IMG/VR virus record: IMGVR_UViG_2654587976_000001
Span: 1-64,000 of that record
Length of the DNA: 64,000 nucleotides
From: a virus
Taxonomy: Duplodnaviria; Caudoviricetes
Direction: 5' to 3' (one strand)
The notes under the pieces were generated by a model. It did not search any database, had not been told where the DNA came from, and saw only the letters and a program-made list of their open reading frames with translations. The translations under genes and the position numbers were made by a program. Positions 32,959-42,908 of the stretch are shown here, piece by piece. Every line of letters starts with the position of its first letter. Positions within the stretch are counted from its first letter, which is position 1.

Positions 32959-33501
32959 TTAGTTTTGTTCTACTCTGATAACGACTAAATCAAGCATTCC
33001 GCCCACATAACCAGGTTTCCCGGTTACTGTTTGAGTGCCAATCTTTTCGATGGCTTCGATTCGCCCTACAAATCTTTGATCGGCTACATCTGCCTCTACA
33101 ATCTCTTTATATTTGAAAGAATTAGCTTGTAAGGTGACCTTATTTCCAATTACAACTTGTTCACCAAGAGCATCAATTAGATCTGGTGAAACAGAAAAGA
33201 TATCGCCTTCAACAAGGTCGTATACTCTAAAAATTTGACCGGCGTCAATTTTGAAATACTTTAAATTGTTTTGTGATCTGCGAGTCTGGTCATACATAAT
33301 CTCATCTTGTGCTACAATAGCAGCTTTTTCTTTGGCTGGATCTGTAGCTCTTTTAAATAGGCGCAACTCTCGTTCACCTTCATACGGAACTCCAACCACA
33401 CCAACATTACCATTTTCAACATTAAGTTTTGCTTTTACAGAATGAATATGGGCACCGCCGTATACGGCAGCCAAATTATCTAAACGAACAACTCCTGACA
33501 T
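32959..33501 (-). CDS. Capsid-associated/decoration protein (YonC position)
   Basis: Between scaffold/protease and capsid genes. Confidence 0.55.
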   Translation of the reverse strand: MSGVVRLDNLAAVYGGAHIHSVKAKLNVENGNVGVVGVPYEGERELRLFKRATDPAKEKAAIVAQDEIMYDQTRRSQNNLKYFKIDAGQIFRVYDLVEGDIFSVSPDLIDALGEQVVIGNKVTLQANSFKYKEIVEADVADQRFVGRIEAIEKIGTQTVTGKPGYVGGMLDLVVIRVEQN

Positions 33502-33525
33502 TTAAATGCCTCCTCCAAATGTTAT

Positions 33526-35007
33526 TTAGTTTGAAAACTTTTCGAACAACCCGCCATAAACCAGTTGTGTATCATCATTTTCTTTATTAAAAGGTATTTT
33601 CACAGTTGTATCTTTTTCTTTTTTCGAAGATGAAAAATTTGCTTTCTTTTTTCCTAAAAGAGTGAAGAGTTTCTCTTCAATCTGTTGAATAGATAAACCT
33701 TCAGAAATCGCTTTAACTGAATTGATATCATCTTCAGATAGTTCAAGATTGAACTTTTCATAAAGCTCTTTTTCTTTTTCCTTACGTTGTGAAGAAAGAG
33801 TGTCAGCTTTAAATTGTTTGAGCGCCTCATTTTCTTCTTTAACCGACGCGTAAGTATGTTCAACCTCTTTTTCCTTTGCTTCAAGTTCATCTTTTAGTTT
33901 TTCAACAGGCACCACAGAAAATTTTGATTCATTGCCTTCGATAAAATCTACAATTTCAAACTTCTTTCGGTGTTTTGTTGAAAAATCAATTGTCACCTTG
34001 TCTTCTGAAATGGAGAATTTGAAGCCATACAGTAATCCGTCTTCTTTGTTATCAAATGCAAAAACTTCATCGTCTTTTTGATCTGCGTAGTAATAGCGAA
34101 TTCGCTCTTCAGATTCACCCCAACTATAAGTTTTCACAAACTTTTCTTCACTAAGGGCACGTTTTAATTCAGCTTCTAACTGATTAGCTGACAAGGAAAA
34201 GCTGCTGTCAACTTTGTATGCTGTTTTGAGTTTTTGATTTAACTCTTCATATGAAAGGGCTTCATAATTGATTCCGTTTGCGGCTAACTCTTCTTTAGTA
34301 ACAGAGAATTGTTTTAAAAGTTCTGTTTTATCCAAAGTCTTTATACCTCCTTTATCAGTGTTGATGGATTTAAACAGTTCCATTTTTTCTTGAATACCTT
34401 TGAACATTTTGTCTTCTGAGAATTGAGTTTCGATAGTTGCAGACTGCATAGCAGGGAGGACATCAGTTCCTAATGCACAAGCACCAAAAAAGCTAAATTT
34501 AGTGAAATGGAACACTTCATCAATCCATTCCCCTTCAAAATCATCATGGAGTTCCATGGACTGTGACTTCACGCTGTTTCTGTTGAATATTTCGATTGGA
34601 TCGTCCCATTTTTGCCATACAAGTCCTTCGCAAGTAAGGAATTCTCTTTCTATTCCGTCATCACAAACTCGTTTTTCAAACTTTGCATTGTTCGACTCAG
34701 GAATGAGCCCGATAGCTTGTCCGATATACTTAACTTTAAAGTGACCATCCTCTTTAATTAAAACCATGCGGTGGTCTGAAAAATCAATATCCCCATCAGA
34801 GTTCTCTTCTATGTAGGATAAAATAGGAGTATTAGCAAGAGAGGGGATAGCGGCTTGAACTGCTTCTTTATTAAAATAGCTTCCATTTAGGTTTTCCCCT
34901 AAATGCATCAGCCAAATTTTCACCTTTAAGAATCGAGTGTCTTCTGTTTCAAATGAATCCAAGCTCTGAAAGAGAAGAGGCACATAATTATCTACCGTTT
35001 TGTCCAA
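33526..35007 (-). CDS. yonD: Prohead protease/scaffold fusion (YonD position; probable TTG start 35007)
   Basis: H.GENLNGS.F, SQSMEL and GACALG.DVLPAM protease-like N-half; acidic coiled C-half. Confidence 0.7.
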   Translation of the reverse strand: MDKTVDNYVPLLFQSLDSFETEDTRFLKVKIWLMHLGENLNGSYFNKEAVQAAIPSLANTPILSYIEENSDGDIDFSDHRMVLIKEDGHFKVKYIGQAIGLIPESNNAKFEKRVCDDGIEREFLTCEGLVWQKWDDPIEIFNRNSVKSQSMELHDDFEGEWIDEVFHFTKFSFFGACALGTDVLPAMQSATIETQFSEDKMFKGIQEKMELFKSINTDKGGIKTLDKTELLKQFSVTKEELAANGINYEALSYEELNQKLKTAYKVDSSFSLSANQLEAELKRALSEEKFVKTYSWGESEERIRYYYADQKDDEVFAFDNKEDGLLYGFKFSISEDKVTIDFSTKHRKKFEIVDFIEGNESKFSVVPVEKLKDELEAKEKEVEHTYASVKEENEALKQFKADTLSSQRKEKEKELYEKFNLELSEDDINSVKAISEGLSIQQIEEKLFTLLGKKKANFSSSKKEKDTTVKIPFNKENDDTQLVYGGLFEKFSN

Positions 35008-35036
35008 ATTTTCACCTCCTTTCAAAAATCATTTGA

Positions 35037-36479
35037 TTACTCTCGATTAAGGTTTCCTTCATTTTCCCTCGTTTCAACACCTTTATCGGAAAGAGCATCT
35101 TCTTTTTTCTTTGGGGCGCCAGCGGATTTAACGCTTTGTGTGTGAGAGCTGGACAAAGGTATTAAATTATCTGGCAAGTTCATAATTTCATTCTCAAGAA
35201 ATGCCATGTTGTTTAAATTGCTCTGTGTAACCCCCAATGTAGAAGCTAATGCAGACTTAACAGGCATTCCATATTGAGCTGCTTGTAACAAACTGTCTCG
35301 TACAGTTTCTACATTCAATTTTGTAGTTTCTAATAGCTCAATTCTGAATTTATATTCACTATCCATTTTTTTGAGCTTCCTATTTAGCCATCGTTCCAAT
35401 TGTTTTAACACTCTAAAAGCGACTTGTTCATCTGTGATTATCGATTTAGATAGGCCTGTTCCACTCATTCCATCACTGTTGAATAATATTTGACTGACTC
35501 CGGCCGCATTATAATAATCTCTTTCAGCTTTTGCGACAGCATCTGCATCATTGCTTTTTCTTTCAAGCTTAATTGCTTCAATTTGCATAGGAGAGGTTAC
35601 TAGACCAACTTCTTCTGGCAGAGCATTCATTGCCATATTGTGAAAATCAATGGCTGTTTCCATGTTCAATAAAAGCTTGTCTGCTTCTCCAGATTTCTCA
35701 TCCATGGGGATTTTTTGTGTTAGGATCATATAATTGTCCATCTTGTTTTTTACATTGCGAAGTCTTTTGGTTTCATCTATATCAAGAACTGATTCAAAAA
35801 CTGAAGAGAAAGGGGGAAGTAGATATTCAAGTTCCTCATTTACCTTGATACATATAGTGTTTTCGGAGCTCAGTTCTTGCCACCTTAAGCCTGTTTTGTC
35901 TTTGGTGTATTTCAGATACTTAACCCTAAATTCTTTAGGATAATCCTTTAAGATGTCCTTATTAGAATCAAAATAAGCAAAGTCAAAACTGTAGTTGAAA
36001 ACTCCATCTTCAATGGAACTTATCCTACAATAATCTGGGTCAAGTTTTTGAATGAAATACGAATCAGATGTTGTATGCTCATATCCATAAAAGACGTCTT
36101 CTTTAAAGGCAATTAGCAATAGTTTTGTGAATTCGTGCTGAAGATTCATTGTTTCAATAAGTTTTAATATGCTGGAATATTGATCTTTAAAGGGTTTTTC
36201 TTTGAATTTGTCTATATTTAAATCGAAAGGTTTGATTATGTAATCAAAGCGGAGCATAGTTGCAAAATATTGAATCAGGCGTTTATAGTTAGGCGAGGTG
36301 TTATATAAAAAACGGCTAACTCTTCTCAATTCTTTTTGGCTTTTTTGAGGGTTTTGAAGGTACATAATGATATTTTCTTTAGTGAATTTTGAGGAAATAG
36401 CTGATTTGTTATTATTTAAGCTCATGTCGTTGAGAAGTAGCTTGGACAGCTGCGCAAAACTTATTAATTTTTGATCCAT
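35037..36479 (-). CDS. yonE: Portal protein (YonE position)
   Basis: 480 aa between terminase and protease; AAGVSQILFN segment. Confidence 0.75.
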   Translation of the reverse strand: MDQKLISFAQLSKLLLNDMSLNNNKSAISSKFTKENIIMYLQNPQKSQKELRRVSRFLYNTSPNYKRLIQYFATMLRFDYIIKPFDLNIDKFKEKPFKDQYSSILKLIETMNLQHEFTKLLLIAFKEDVFYGYEHTTSDSYFIQKLDPDYCRISSIEDGVFNYSFDFAYFDSNKDILKDYPKEFRVKYLKYTKDKTGLRWQELSSENTICIKVNEELEYLLPPFSSVFESVLDIDETKRLRNVKNKMDNYMILTQKIPMDEKSGEADKLLLNMETAIDFHNMAMNALPEEVGLVTSPMQIEAIKLERKSNDADAVAKAERDYYNAAGVSQILFNSDGMSGTGLSKSIITDEQVAFRVLKQLERWLNRKLKKMDSEYKFRIELLETTKLNVETVRDSLLQAAQYGMPVKSALASTLGVTQSNLNNMAFLENEIMNLPDNLIPLSSSHTQSVKSAGAPKKKEDALSDKGVETRENEGNLNRE

Positions 36480-36505
36480 TTGTTACAAATTTCAACTCCT
36501 TTCTT

Positions 36506-38320
36506 TTAAGAAATTTGCGGTTGTTTAAACAGGAACATTTTATTCATATCAATTTTGGGATGCTCTTTTTTTGTTATGTTTTCACGTCTTAGTTGCTTTA
36601 AGTACCAAGCAAGCATTGCAATTGTATATGCACGGTCGTCGTGAACTTTACTTTTCTTATCAGGAGGCAAGTCATACCTTACTTTGCTACTACTCCCAGA
36701 AGAAAATTTATAGATGCTGACAAGCTCTTCTTTTGCTAAATCAATATTTGTTAAAGACAAAATTTCTTCATCGGTTAGCTTGTACTTTTTTCCTTCACCG
36801 TTATCAGTAGGTAAAGTGATTTCTCCCTTATAATCATAGGTTTCAGTAAAAGATATTAAGTTTAAATCCATCATCTCAATTAAAGATTCAAACATGTCGC
36901 TTTTTAGTTTTTGAGGTGAGAGGAGGGAGAGTTTGTCACTGGCGTTTGGATACTTGGAAATGTAAGATTTGTACTCTTCGTGTTGTTTATCAATAAGACC
37001 CCTGTGTTTAACACCCTTAGTATCTGTCCAGTCCTCCAGTAAACCATCTGCCCAGGCATTCATACCGCCACCGCCAGCACCGGCATCTAAGAGAATTCTT
37101 TCGATATTTTCATAATCAGCTGCCTTTGTTCCATTGTAATTTAGAAGCATCCTTTTAAAATCCTTAACTTGATCAGGAGTCTTAATTGGGGTTTTCTTTT
37201 TCTTTTCTAGATCAGTCCAAGAAACATTATTAGAAATTTCAAGCCGGTAGCCTACATTCTCATCATTAATTAGCTCTGCAACTGTGCATACTGAGTTGTC
37301 ATGATTTCTTGCAGGGTCGATGGCCATTAAAAATTTTCTGGAGCCATCATTAGCAAGAACAGGGGGGCGCGTTACAGAATTTCTGATAATCATTGCACGT
37401 TTGATGATTTGATTGTCTGATCCCTCGGTGGTGAATATGTTCTTATATTCACGCATAGCTTTTTCTTTGTTATCTCTCATTGCTGCATCCACAGTTTCTT
37501 GGGATAGCAAAGACACAGGGTACAGTTTTCCATTAAAGGTGGCATTTATAACAATGTCTGAACTGATATCTGCGACAAAATATCTTTTGTCTCCTAAGAA
37601 CATCTTTTTAGCAAAATCGCTATATTTTCGATAGAAGTAGGTATCTGTTGAAGAGGCTGACGAGGCATAAATCAGTTGGTTGGGCATTTGTTTAGGAAAT
37701 AGAGTGACATCAACATCTCCACCTAGTCTAAAATCACTGTTCTGAACAGCAAACGGTTCAGAAGTCGTAAAAAGCTCATCAGGAGCAAAACCACTTTCAT
37801 CATAGAAATTTAGATTAGAACGCTTCGAGCGGTTGTTGTCAAAGGATCCGTTTAATGAATTTACAATACTTCCGTTATAAAGTTTGTATTGAAATGATGC
37901 GGGGTTGTGGGTGAAGCCATCAGTGTTTGCTGCACTCTTAACGGTTTCGTTATAAAAAATGTCTGTAAGGCCGGTAAAGGACGCAATCTCTCTTTTCGCT
38001 ATTTTTTCAATTTTTAAGAACATCTCTTGCGATTGTGAACCAACACCAGCCAAGATATACGCTTGGAAATTGGGGATCAGGAGACTTTTGGCCATAATAA
38101 AAGGGCTTCCCAGTGTTGTTTTTCCTGAGTTTCGCCCCATGCACCAAAGAACATATTGCTTGTACCAACTTTCAGTAAAAGCGTACTTTTGATAATCTAA
38201 AAGTTCCATGCCGAAGAATCTTTCTACAAATTTGACCGGGTTTTTTCGCCCCCACTGAATGACTTCGGCAAGCTTAATAAATCCATCTATTTTCCGTTGA
38301 GACATATTAGCTTTAGTCAT
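36506..38320 (-). CDS. yonF: Terminase large subunit
   Basis: Walker A GRNSGKT, Walker B FYDE, nuclease AIDPAR and HDDRAY motifs. Confidence 0.9.
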   Translation of the reverse strand: MTKANMSQRKIDGFIKLAEVIQWGRKNPVKFVERFFGMELLDYQKYAFTESWYKQYVLWCMGRNSGKTTLGSPFIMAKSLLIPNFQAYILAGVGSQSQEMFLKIEKIAKREIASFTGLTDIFYNETVKSAANTDGFTHNPASFQYKLYNGSIVNSLNGSFDNNRSKRSNLNFYDESGFAPDELFTTSEPFAVQNSDFRLGGDVDVTLFPKQMPNQLIYASSASSTDTYFYRKYSDFAKKMFLGDKRYFVADISSDIVINATFNGKLYPVSLLSQETVDAAMRDNKEKAMREYKNIFTTEGSDNQIIKRAMIIRNSVTRPPVLANDGSRKFLMAIDPARNHDNSVCTVAELINDENVGYRLEISNNVSWTDLEKKKKTPIKTPDQVKDFKRMLLNYNGTKAADYENIERILLDAGAGGGGMNAWADGLLEDWTDTKGVKHRGLIDKQHEEYKSYISKYPNASDKLSLLSPQKLKSDMFESLIEMMDLNLISFTETYDYKGEITLPTDNGEGKKYKLTDEEILSLTNIDLAKEELVSIYKFSSGSSSKVRYDLPPDKKSKVHDDRAYTIAMLAWYLKQLRRENITKKEHPKIDMNKMFLFKQPQIS

Positions 38321-39362
38321 TTGTCAAAGTTCCTTCTGTTTTTCTCAGGCTAAATAATTCTTTCTTAAGCTTCCGGTTTTCTTCTTCAAGAGTAATTGTT
38401 CTTGCATCTAAGCTCTGAATAATTTCTCTTTGTTCCATAATCATTGAAGTATAATCATTCTCGTCGAATTGCAATTGATCCATAATACTTTTATTGCTTA
38501 AATCAGCTACTTGTCTTATCCCTTGTGCTGTTTCAATATCAAATTGATTAACTTCTCCTTCTTCAAAGCCTTTCTCCTGAAGTGTTTTAATAATTCCAGA
38601 AAGAGTCCCGGCACCTTTGCTTTTATTGTTGTTATGGTTTACCGAGATACCATTGTCTTTAGCTAAAGCCAGCATGGATTTGAGAATCTTTTCTTTGGAG
38701 TCAATTAAGGATTTAATGCCGCCTGCCTGATTAGACATATTAGCTACGTCACTTGTAATTGTCGCAATTGCTCGGTTTATTTTATCAATTTGATTAAATC
38801 CTTTTACAATTTCAATTACAGCGGGTAGTTTGAAATTGTCCTCTAATGTTCCTTCGTCAAGGAAGTTGACTAGGTTATTGTAAAGAAGACGTTTATCACT
38901 CTCAATTTCTCCTTCGAACGGATCATATCCCAACATCCTTAATACATCTTTTTTATTGGTATCATCTAACTGAATGCCATCATCTTTAGATGGATGATCT
39001 GCGTTTATTTCTTGCTGTGTTTTCGTGCCATCTTCGTCGAACTCACTGTCTTGCCATGTTTTCATGCGGTTATGTCTTAGACCTAAATTCTTCATGTAAA
39101 TTGAAAATAAATGCCTATTTCTATTTGCTGCTTCTTCAATTGAAGAAATCCAGGTAGTGTGTAAGTATGGTTTATCAAGCATTCGTAAGAGATTTTGTAT
39201 ATGGATAGGACTTTCTATGTCTGAGTCAGCAATTTTTAATAAGCATTGTTTACAGACGTGTAGCTTACCTGTTGCAGCGTGAAAAGGGGAGGCAGAGGCG
39301 TAATATTGCCCTGCGTCTCTTTCTTTTCCACAACAGGAGCAAACAATTTTTTCAATATTCAT
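38313..39362 (-). CDS. yonG: YonG-like protein with N-terminal Zn finger (possible terminase partner)
   Basis: CSCC...CKQC; overlaps the terminase start. Confidence 0.6.
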   Translation of the reverse strand: MNIEKIVCSCCGKERDAGQYYASASPFHAATGKLHVCKQCLLKIADSDIESPIHIQNLLRMLDKPYLHTTWISSIEEAANRNRHLFSIYMKNLGLRHNRMKTWQDSEFDEDGTKTQQEINADHPSKDDGIQLDDTNKKDVLRMLGYDPFEGEIESDKRLLYNNLVNFLDEGTLEDNFKLPAVIEIVKGFNQIDKINRAIATITSDVANMSNQAGGIKSLIDSKEKILKSMLALAKDNGISVNHNNNKSKGAGTLSGIIKTLQEKGFEEGEVNQFDIETAQGIRQVADLSNKSIMDQLQFDENDYTSMIMEQREIIQSLDARTITLEEENRKLKKELFSLRKTEGTLTND

Positions 39363-39462
39363 CTACTCACCTCCGTTAATTTCTAAAAACACGTTTTATA
39401 AAACGCCCAGCAATAGAGCGGAAGGGGGTACCGCAATCATCCTGGGCGTTCTAAAAAGGTGT

Positions 39463-39828
39463 TTAAACTAAAGAAGAGAGGACTTCATCATGATGAAATC
39501 CTCCTTTGATCTCAATTCCTAATTTTTTAATTGTTTTGAGTTGATCTTTAGTAACAGTACTGTCGATATAAACGCCATTCGGAAAATGGTTACCTTCTAA
39601 ATAATTGACTGAGATAATAGTACAACTAATTCCTTTTTCTTTGGCTAAGTCTTTGTAAACCTTTTGATGAGCACCTACAAGTAAAGGAATATTATTCTCT
39701 TGTGATAGCCTAAGAAGAGTTGTTTTACCTTTACCTCTCTGAGAACCATTTACCAGCAGTATTTTGGGTGCATTTTTATGAAATTTTTCTTGTAGTGATT
39801 TATCCACGTCATTAAAAACAACTTTCAT
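39463..39828 (-). CDS. YonH-like small P-loop protein; reading frame stays open upstream to 39996
   Basis: QRGKGKTT Walker-A-like motif. Confidence 0.55.
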   Translation of the reverse strand: MKVVFNDVDKSLQEKFHKNAPKILLVNGSQRGKGKTTLLRLSQENNIPLLVGAHQKVYKDLAKEKGISCTIISVNYLEGNHFPNGVYIDSTVTKDQLKTIKKLGIEIKGGFHHDEVLSSLV

Positions 39829-39995
39829 TCGCTTGGATGGAGGTTGGATTTTCTCTCCAAAAATAGTTAAATGAATAGCTTCTAATACACGCTTAATCTC
39901 AGAATCACATCTGTATCCAGACTGTTTTAACTCTGAGAGGGTTTCTAAATGTTTATTTAAGTATTTAAAATCTTCATCCTCAATCGTTTTTTGTA

Positions 39996-40325
39996 TTACT
40001 TTAATAAACTTTCAATAGCTCCTAGGCTCACAACTGTCTCATAAGGTGAATAGTGTTTTGCTGCCACACTCATGTTTCTTAAATCATCTATGGCAATTCT
40101 TTTATTTATAAAAGCTTCTCTATGAGTCTCAATAACATATTTAGGATCAGCAAATGGCTTACTTACAGTATTACAAGTCACTTCTTCATAAACAGCAGGA
40201 ATTGAATCCAACAGATACTTATAATCACACAGCTCTTTCATTAATTGTTCTTTGTTAATATTTCCTGTTCCATCTTCAATGATTTCCTTCCAGAAAGACT
40301 CGTAAACATCTTTGTAATCAGTCAC
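39996..40325 (-). CDS. Hypothetical phage protein
   Basis: ORF with GGGG RBS and GTG start. Confidence 0.6.
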   Translation of the reverse strand: MTDYKDVYESFWKEIIEDGTGNINKEQLMKELCDYKYLLDSIPAVYEEVTCNTVSKPFADPKYVIETHREAFINKRIAIDDLRNMSVAAKHYSPYETVVSLGAIESLLK

Positions 40326-40361
40326 TTACACTGCCCCAATCCGAATAAAATTAAAGTTTTA

Positions 40362-40841
40362 TCAATAGTGAATTTTAAAGAATTCGTTATCTTGTGGGTT
40401 TACTTTGAAAATCAAATCTAAACCTGAAACTTCTCCACTAACACCTTTAAGTTCTGCTCTAGAAATAATTTCGACATTGTTAAATTCTAAAGTAACCTTG
40501 TGTGACTTTGTTGTCTCAATATGGCGACCAATTGTTTCAGCTAATAGTTTGAATTCAGAGCGAGGAGTTTCTTTTAAAACTGAAATATATTGTTTCTTCC
40601 CTAACTTTGATTCAAAGGAGGTAGGAGCTTTATATTCACCTAAAAATTTAAGTACATCAAAGTTAAGCAGAGCATTCTTTGCAAAAATCAAATACGTTTC
40701 ATGTTCATCGCTATAAAAGATTTCAACATCTTGAAGAGTTGTTAAATCAATTAAAGACTCTTCAGTTTTTTTATCATACAAATGAAGGTTATACACTTCG
40801 TGCATTGCTAAGTCCACGTATATTTCCTCCCTGATTATCAT
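40362..40841 (-). CDS. Hypothetical protein (true start probably the GTG after GGAGG, ~40817)
   Basis: ORF; stop abuts a TAAAA-N6-TTTTA site. Confidence 0.6.
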   Translation of the reverse strand: MIIREEIYVDLAMHEVYNLHLYDKKTEESLIDLTTLQDVEIFYSDEHETYLIFAKNALLNFDVLKFLGEYKAPTSFESKLGKKQYISVLKETPRSEFKLLAETIGRHIETTKSHKVTLEFNNVEIISRAELKGVSGEVSGLDLIFKVNPQDNEFFKIHY

Positions 40842-42030
40842 TTTTAAATCTAATTATGTATGTAGCTTCAATACCTGCATCATCAAAAACCATAAATTTT
40901 TGAGAAGGTTTTGTTCCGAACCGACCTTGCATCGCATAATCATCTGCACCGACAAGCGCTCCGTTTACTACAACTGTTGTGCTACCGTACTCTTTTTCAT
41001 AATTGTGATGAATATGACCACCGAATATGTAAGAAGGGATGTAGCCAAGTAATTGAGGTAATCGTGTTACACACTGATCAACACGATCGTAGTGTCCGTG
41101 TACAAACACGACTTCCTGATTGTTGATTTTAGCGGGGATGAAACCGTCTTGCTCAGGTTCAATGGAGATGTTCTTTATGTTCTTCAATCTGGCTTCGAGG
41201 TACCAATTAATGAGGTATTCAAAGTTTTCCTTAATCCCTACATCATTTTTAGAAGGGGAGAGGCGACCGTGATTACCTGCCACGTTGTAGAACTTAACTT
41301 CTTGAAACTCACTTGCCAACATCGCTAAAACCTCGGCAAGCGTTTCTGATACATATTTAATTTGTTCTACAGCATCTTCATTGGCCTGAACTCTTGTAGA
41401 CACATGAATAAGACCTCCGATTAAATCACCGAGGTTTGCTACATGTAATGTGGAGACATGATTCTGCTTACCATACTCAATCACTTTGTTGGTGAGATGT
41501 TCTACACGCTCATTAAAAATTTCTTTATTGAATTTGTTAATGCGGTTGTCGATTTCCATTCCGAAGTGCCAATCACTGAATAAAGCAAGTCCGTGTTTTT
41601 CAGCAATAGCAGGTGATGGGAAGGTGAAGCGAAGGGGTCTTTTTGACTCTAGAGATGCAATAGCTTGAACAACATCATCTTTAATTTGTTCAAACCGTGC
41701 TTGATTGGCAATGAATTTCCGGTATTCTCTTTTTTGATCTCGTGCTTTGATTGTTTGTTTTTCGGATTCAATGCGAATTTCTTCATGTTTTTGTTGAACT
41801 TCTTTGTTCATATTCTTTGAGATAAAGTAATCGTGCCAGCGCTCAAATTGTTTAAAGTCTTTACGCCATTTGCTTTCATCATAGTTGGTTCCCTGATCCT
41901 TGTTTAAAAGGGTAGCAATTGTTTTTGTGTCAATGTGATAAGTATCTTTGTTTTTGAAAAGTCTAATATGATAATCAGTGAACGATTCGTCTTTTTCTCG
42001 TTGTAAAACAGTATCTAAAATAGCTGTCAT
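40789..42030 (-). CDS. yonJ: Calcineurin-like metallophosphoesterase, YonJ-like
   Basis: SDWH, GDLI, GNHG, HGH and GHIH motifs. Confidence 0.85.
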   Translation of the reverse strand: MTAILDTVLQREKDESFTDYHIRLFKNKDTYHIDTKTIATLLNKDQGTNYDESKWRKDFKQFERWHDYFISKNMNKEVQQKHEEIRIESEKQTIKARDQKREYRKFIANQARFEQIKDDVVQAIASLESKRPLRFTFPSPAIAEKHGLALFSDWHFGMEIDNRINKFNKEIFNERVEHLTNKVIEYGKQNHVSTLHVANLGDLIGGLIHVSTRVQANEDAVEQIKYVSETLAEVLAMLASEFQEVKFYNVAGNHGRLSPSKNDVGIKENFEYLINWYLEARLKNIKNISIEPEQDGFIPAKINNQEVVFVHGHYDRVDQCVTRLPQLLGYIPSYIFGGHIHHNYEKEYGSTTVVVNGALVGADDYAMQGRFGTKPSQKFMVFDDAGIEATYIIRFKNDNQGGNIRGLSNARSV

Positions 42031-42041
42031 TCAGTCACCAC

Positions 42042-42251
42042 CTACTCAGAAAGTCCTTCAGTTTCTTGAGGAACAACATCACTGTCGCTTTTTAACGTGA
42101 AATCAATTGGATCTGTTTTGCTTTCAAGCTCTCTTAGGTATTTAGATAGTGAGTGAATTTGTATACCATCACCTTTATGTTCAATAATTTGATCTTCATC
42201 TACATTTACAGTGCATTTTTTAAAAGAATATTCTTTCTTGCCTTTAGCCAA
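42042..42251 (-). CDS. yonK: YonK-like small protein (probable TTG start 42251)
   Basis: GGAGG RBS; first gene of the late cluster by synteny. Confidence 0.6.
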   Translation of the reverse strand: MAKGKKEYSFKKCTVNVDEDQIIEHKGDGIQIHSLSKYLRELESKTDPIDFTLKSDSDVVPQETEGLSE

Positions 42252-42283
42252 ATTAAATTCCTCCAATATGTGTTTTATTTACG

Positions 42284-42470
42284 TTCAATAAGCTCCTTCG
42301 GAAGCCCGATGATCCGAAGCATCGGTAACGACCGAAAAGGGGATATAAAGGAGATGAAAAGATAAGTCGGATAGACGTTGGGGAAACGCCCGAAGGAGAT
42401 TATTGATTACTTGCGTACCGAAAGGCTCGTAAGCACATTCCGGCTGATCGGTAAAGTGAAACGCAAGCAC
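42284..42470 (-). ncRNA. Candidate structured RNA upstream of yonK
   Basis: Long stem (42284-42301 pairs with ~42390-42406) enclosing CUCCUUU and UCCCCUUUU single-stranded tracts; second stem CTTGCG-TACCGA...TCGGTA...CGCAAG. Confidence 0.55.
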
Positions 42471-42514
42471 AAAAAGACCTCGCCATAGGATGCGGAAGCC
42501 TCGTTCTGATTGCG

Positions 42515-42745
42515 TTATTTGTGGTTTACTAATTTAAATCCAGGTTCCAGTACGAGCTTACCGTACATGTCGAGAGATCCGACAAATACTTTGCGACCTT
42601 TCCGATCCTTTCCAAAATATTCTTCAGTGGGTTCGTTAAGGATAGCATCGATAATCTCGCCGGCATAAGTTTCATTAATAATCTCGCCCCATTTATTATA
42701 TACCGTGTCATCATACATAACTTTAACGCGAATATTTGTGTCCAT
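42515..42745 (-). CDS. Hypothetical 76-aa protein inserted in the non-coding region
   Basis: GGGAGG RBS and ATG. Confidence 0.65.
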   Translation of the reverse strand: MDTNIRVKVMYDDTVYNKWGEIINETYAGEIIDAILNEPTEEYFGKDRKGRKVFVGSLDMYGKLVLEPGFKLVNHK

Positions 42746-42886
42746 CTTTTTCGTCCTCCCTTGAAAATTATACGAAATTAGCGTTTCCTTACATATTATT
42801 CATTAACCCAAGTAGGTACGCAAAATCGACAGGGAATACGCTGATTACGAATTCATCGATCGAAATCTTTGTAAGTCGAAAATAAC

Positions 42887-42908
42887 AAAAGACGCCAAAT
42901 AACGTCTT
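42887..42908 (-). terminator. Intrinsic terminator closing the yonN-downstream transcript
   Basis: AAGACGTT-ATTT-GGCGTCTT followed by TTGTTATT on the minus strand. Confidence 0.7.

Noticed and set aside
42410-42467. Hammerhead ribozyme (CTTGCGTA...CTGATCG...GAAACGCAAG)
   Set aside because: Core reads CUGAUCG rather than CUGANGA, stem II is missing, and a simple long hairpin explains the sequence
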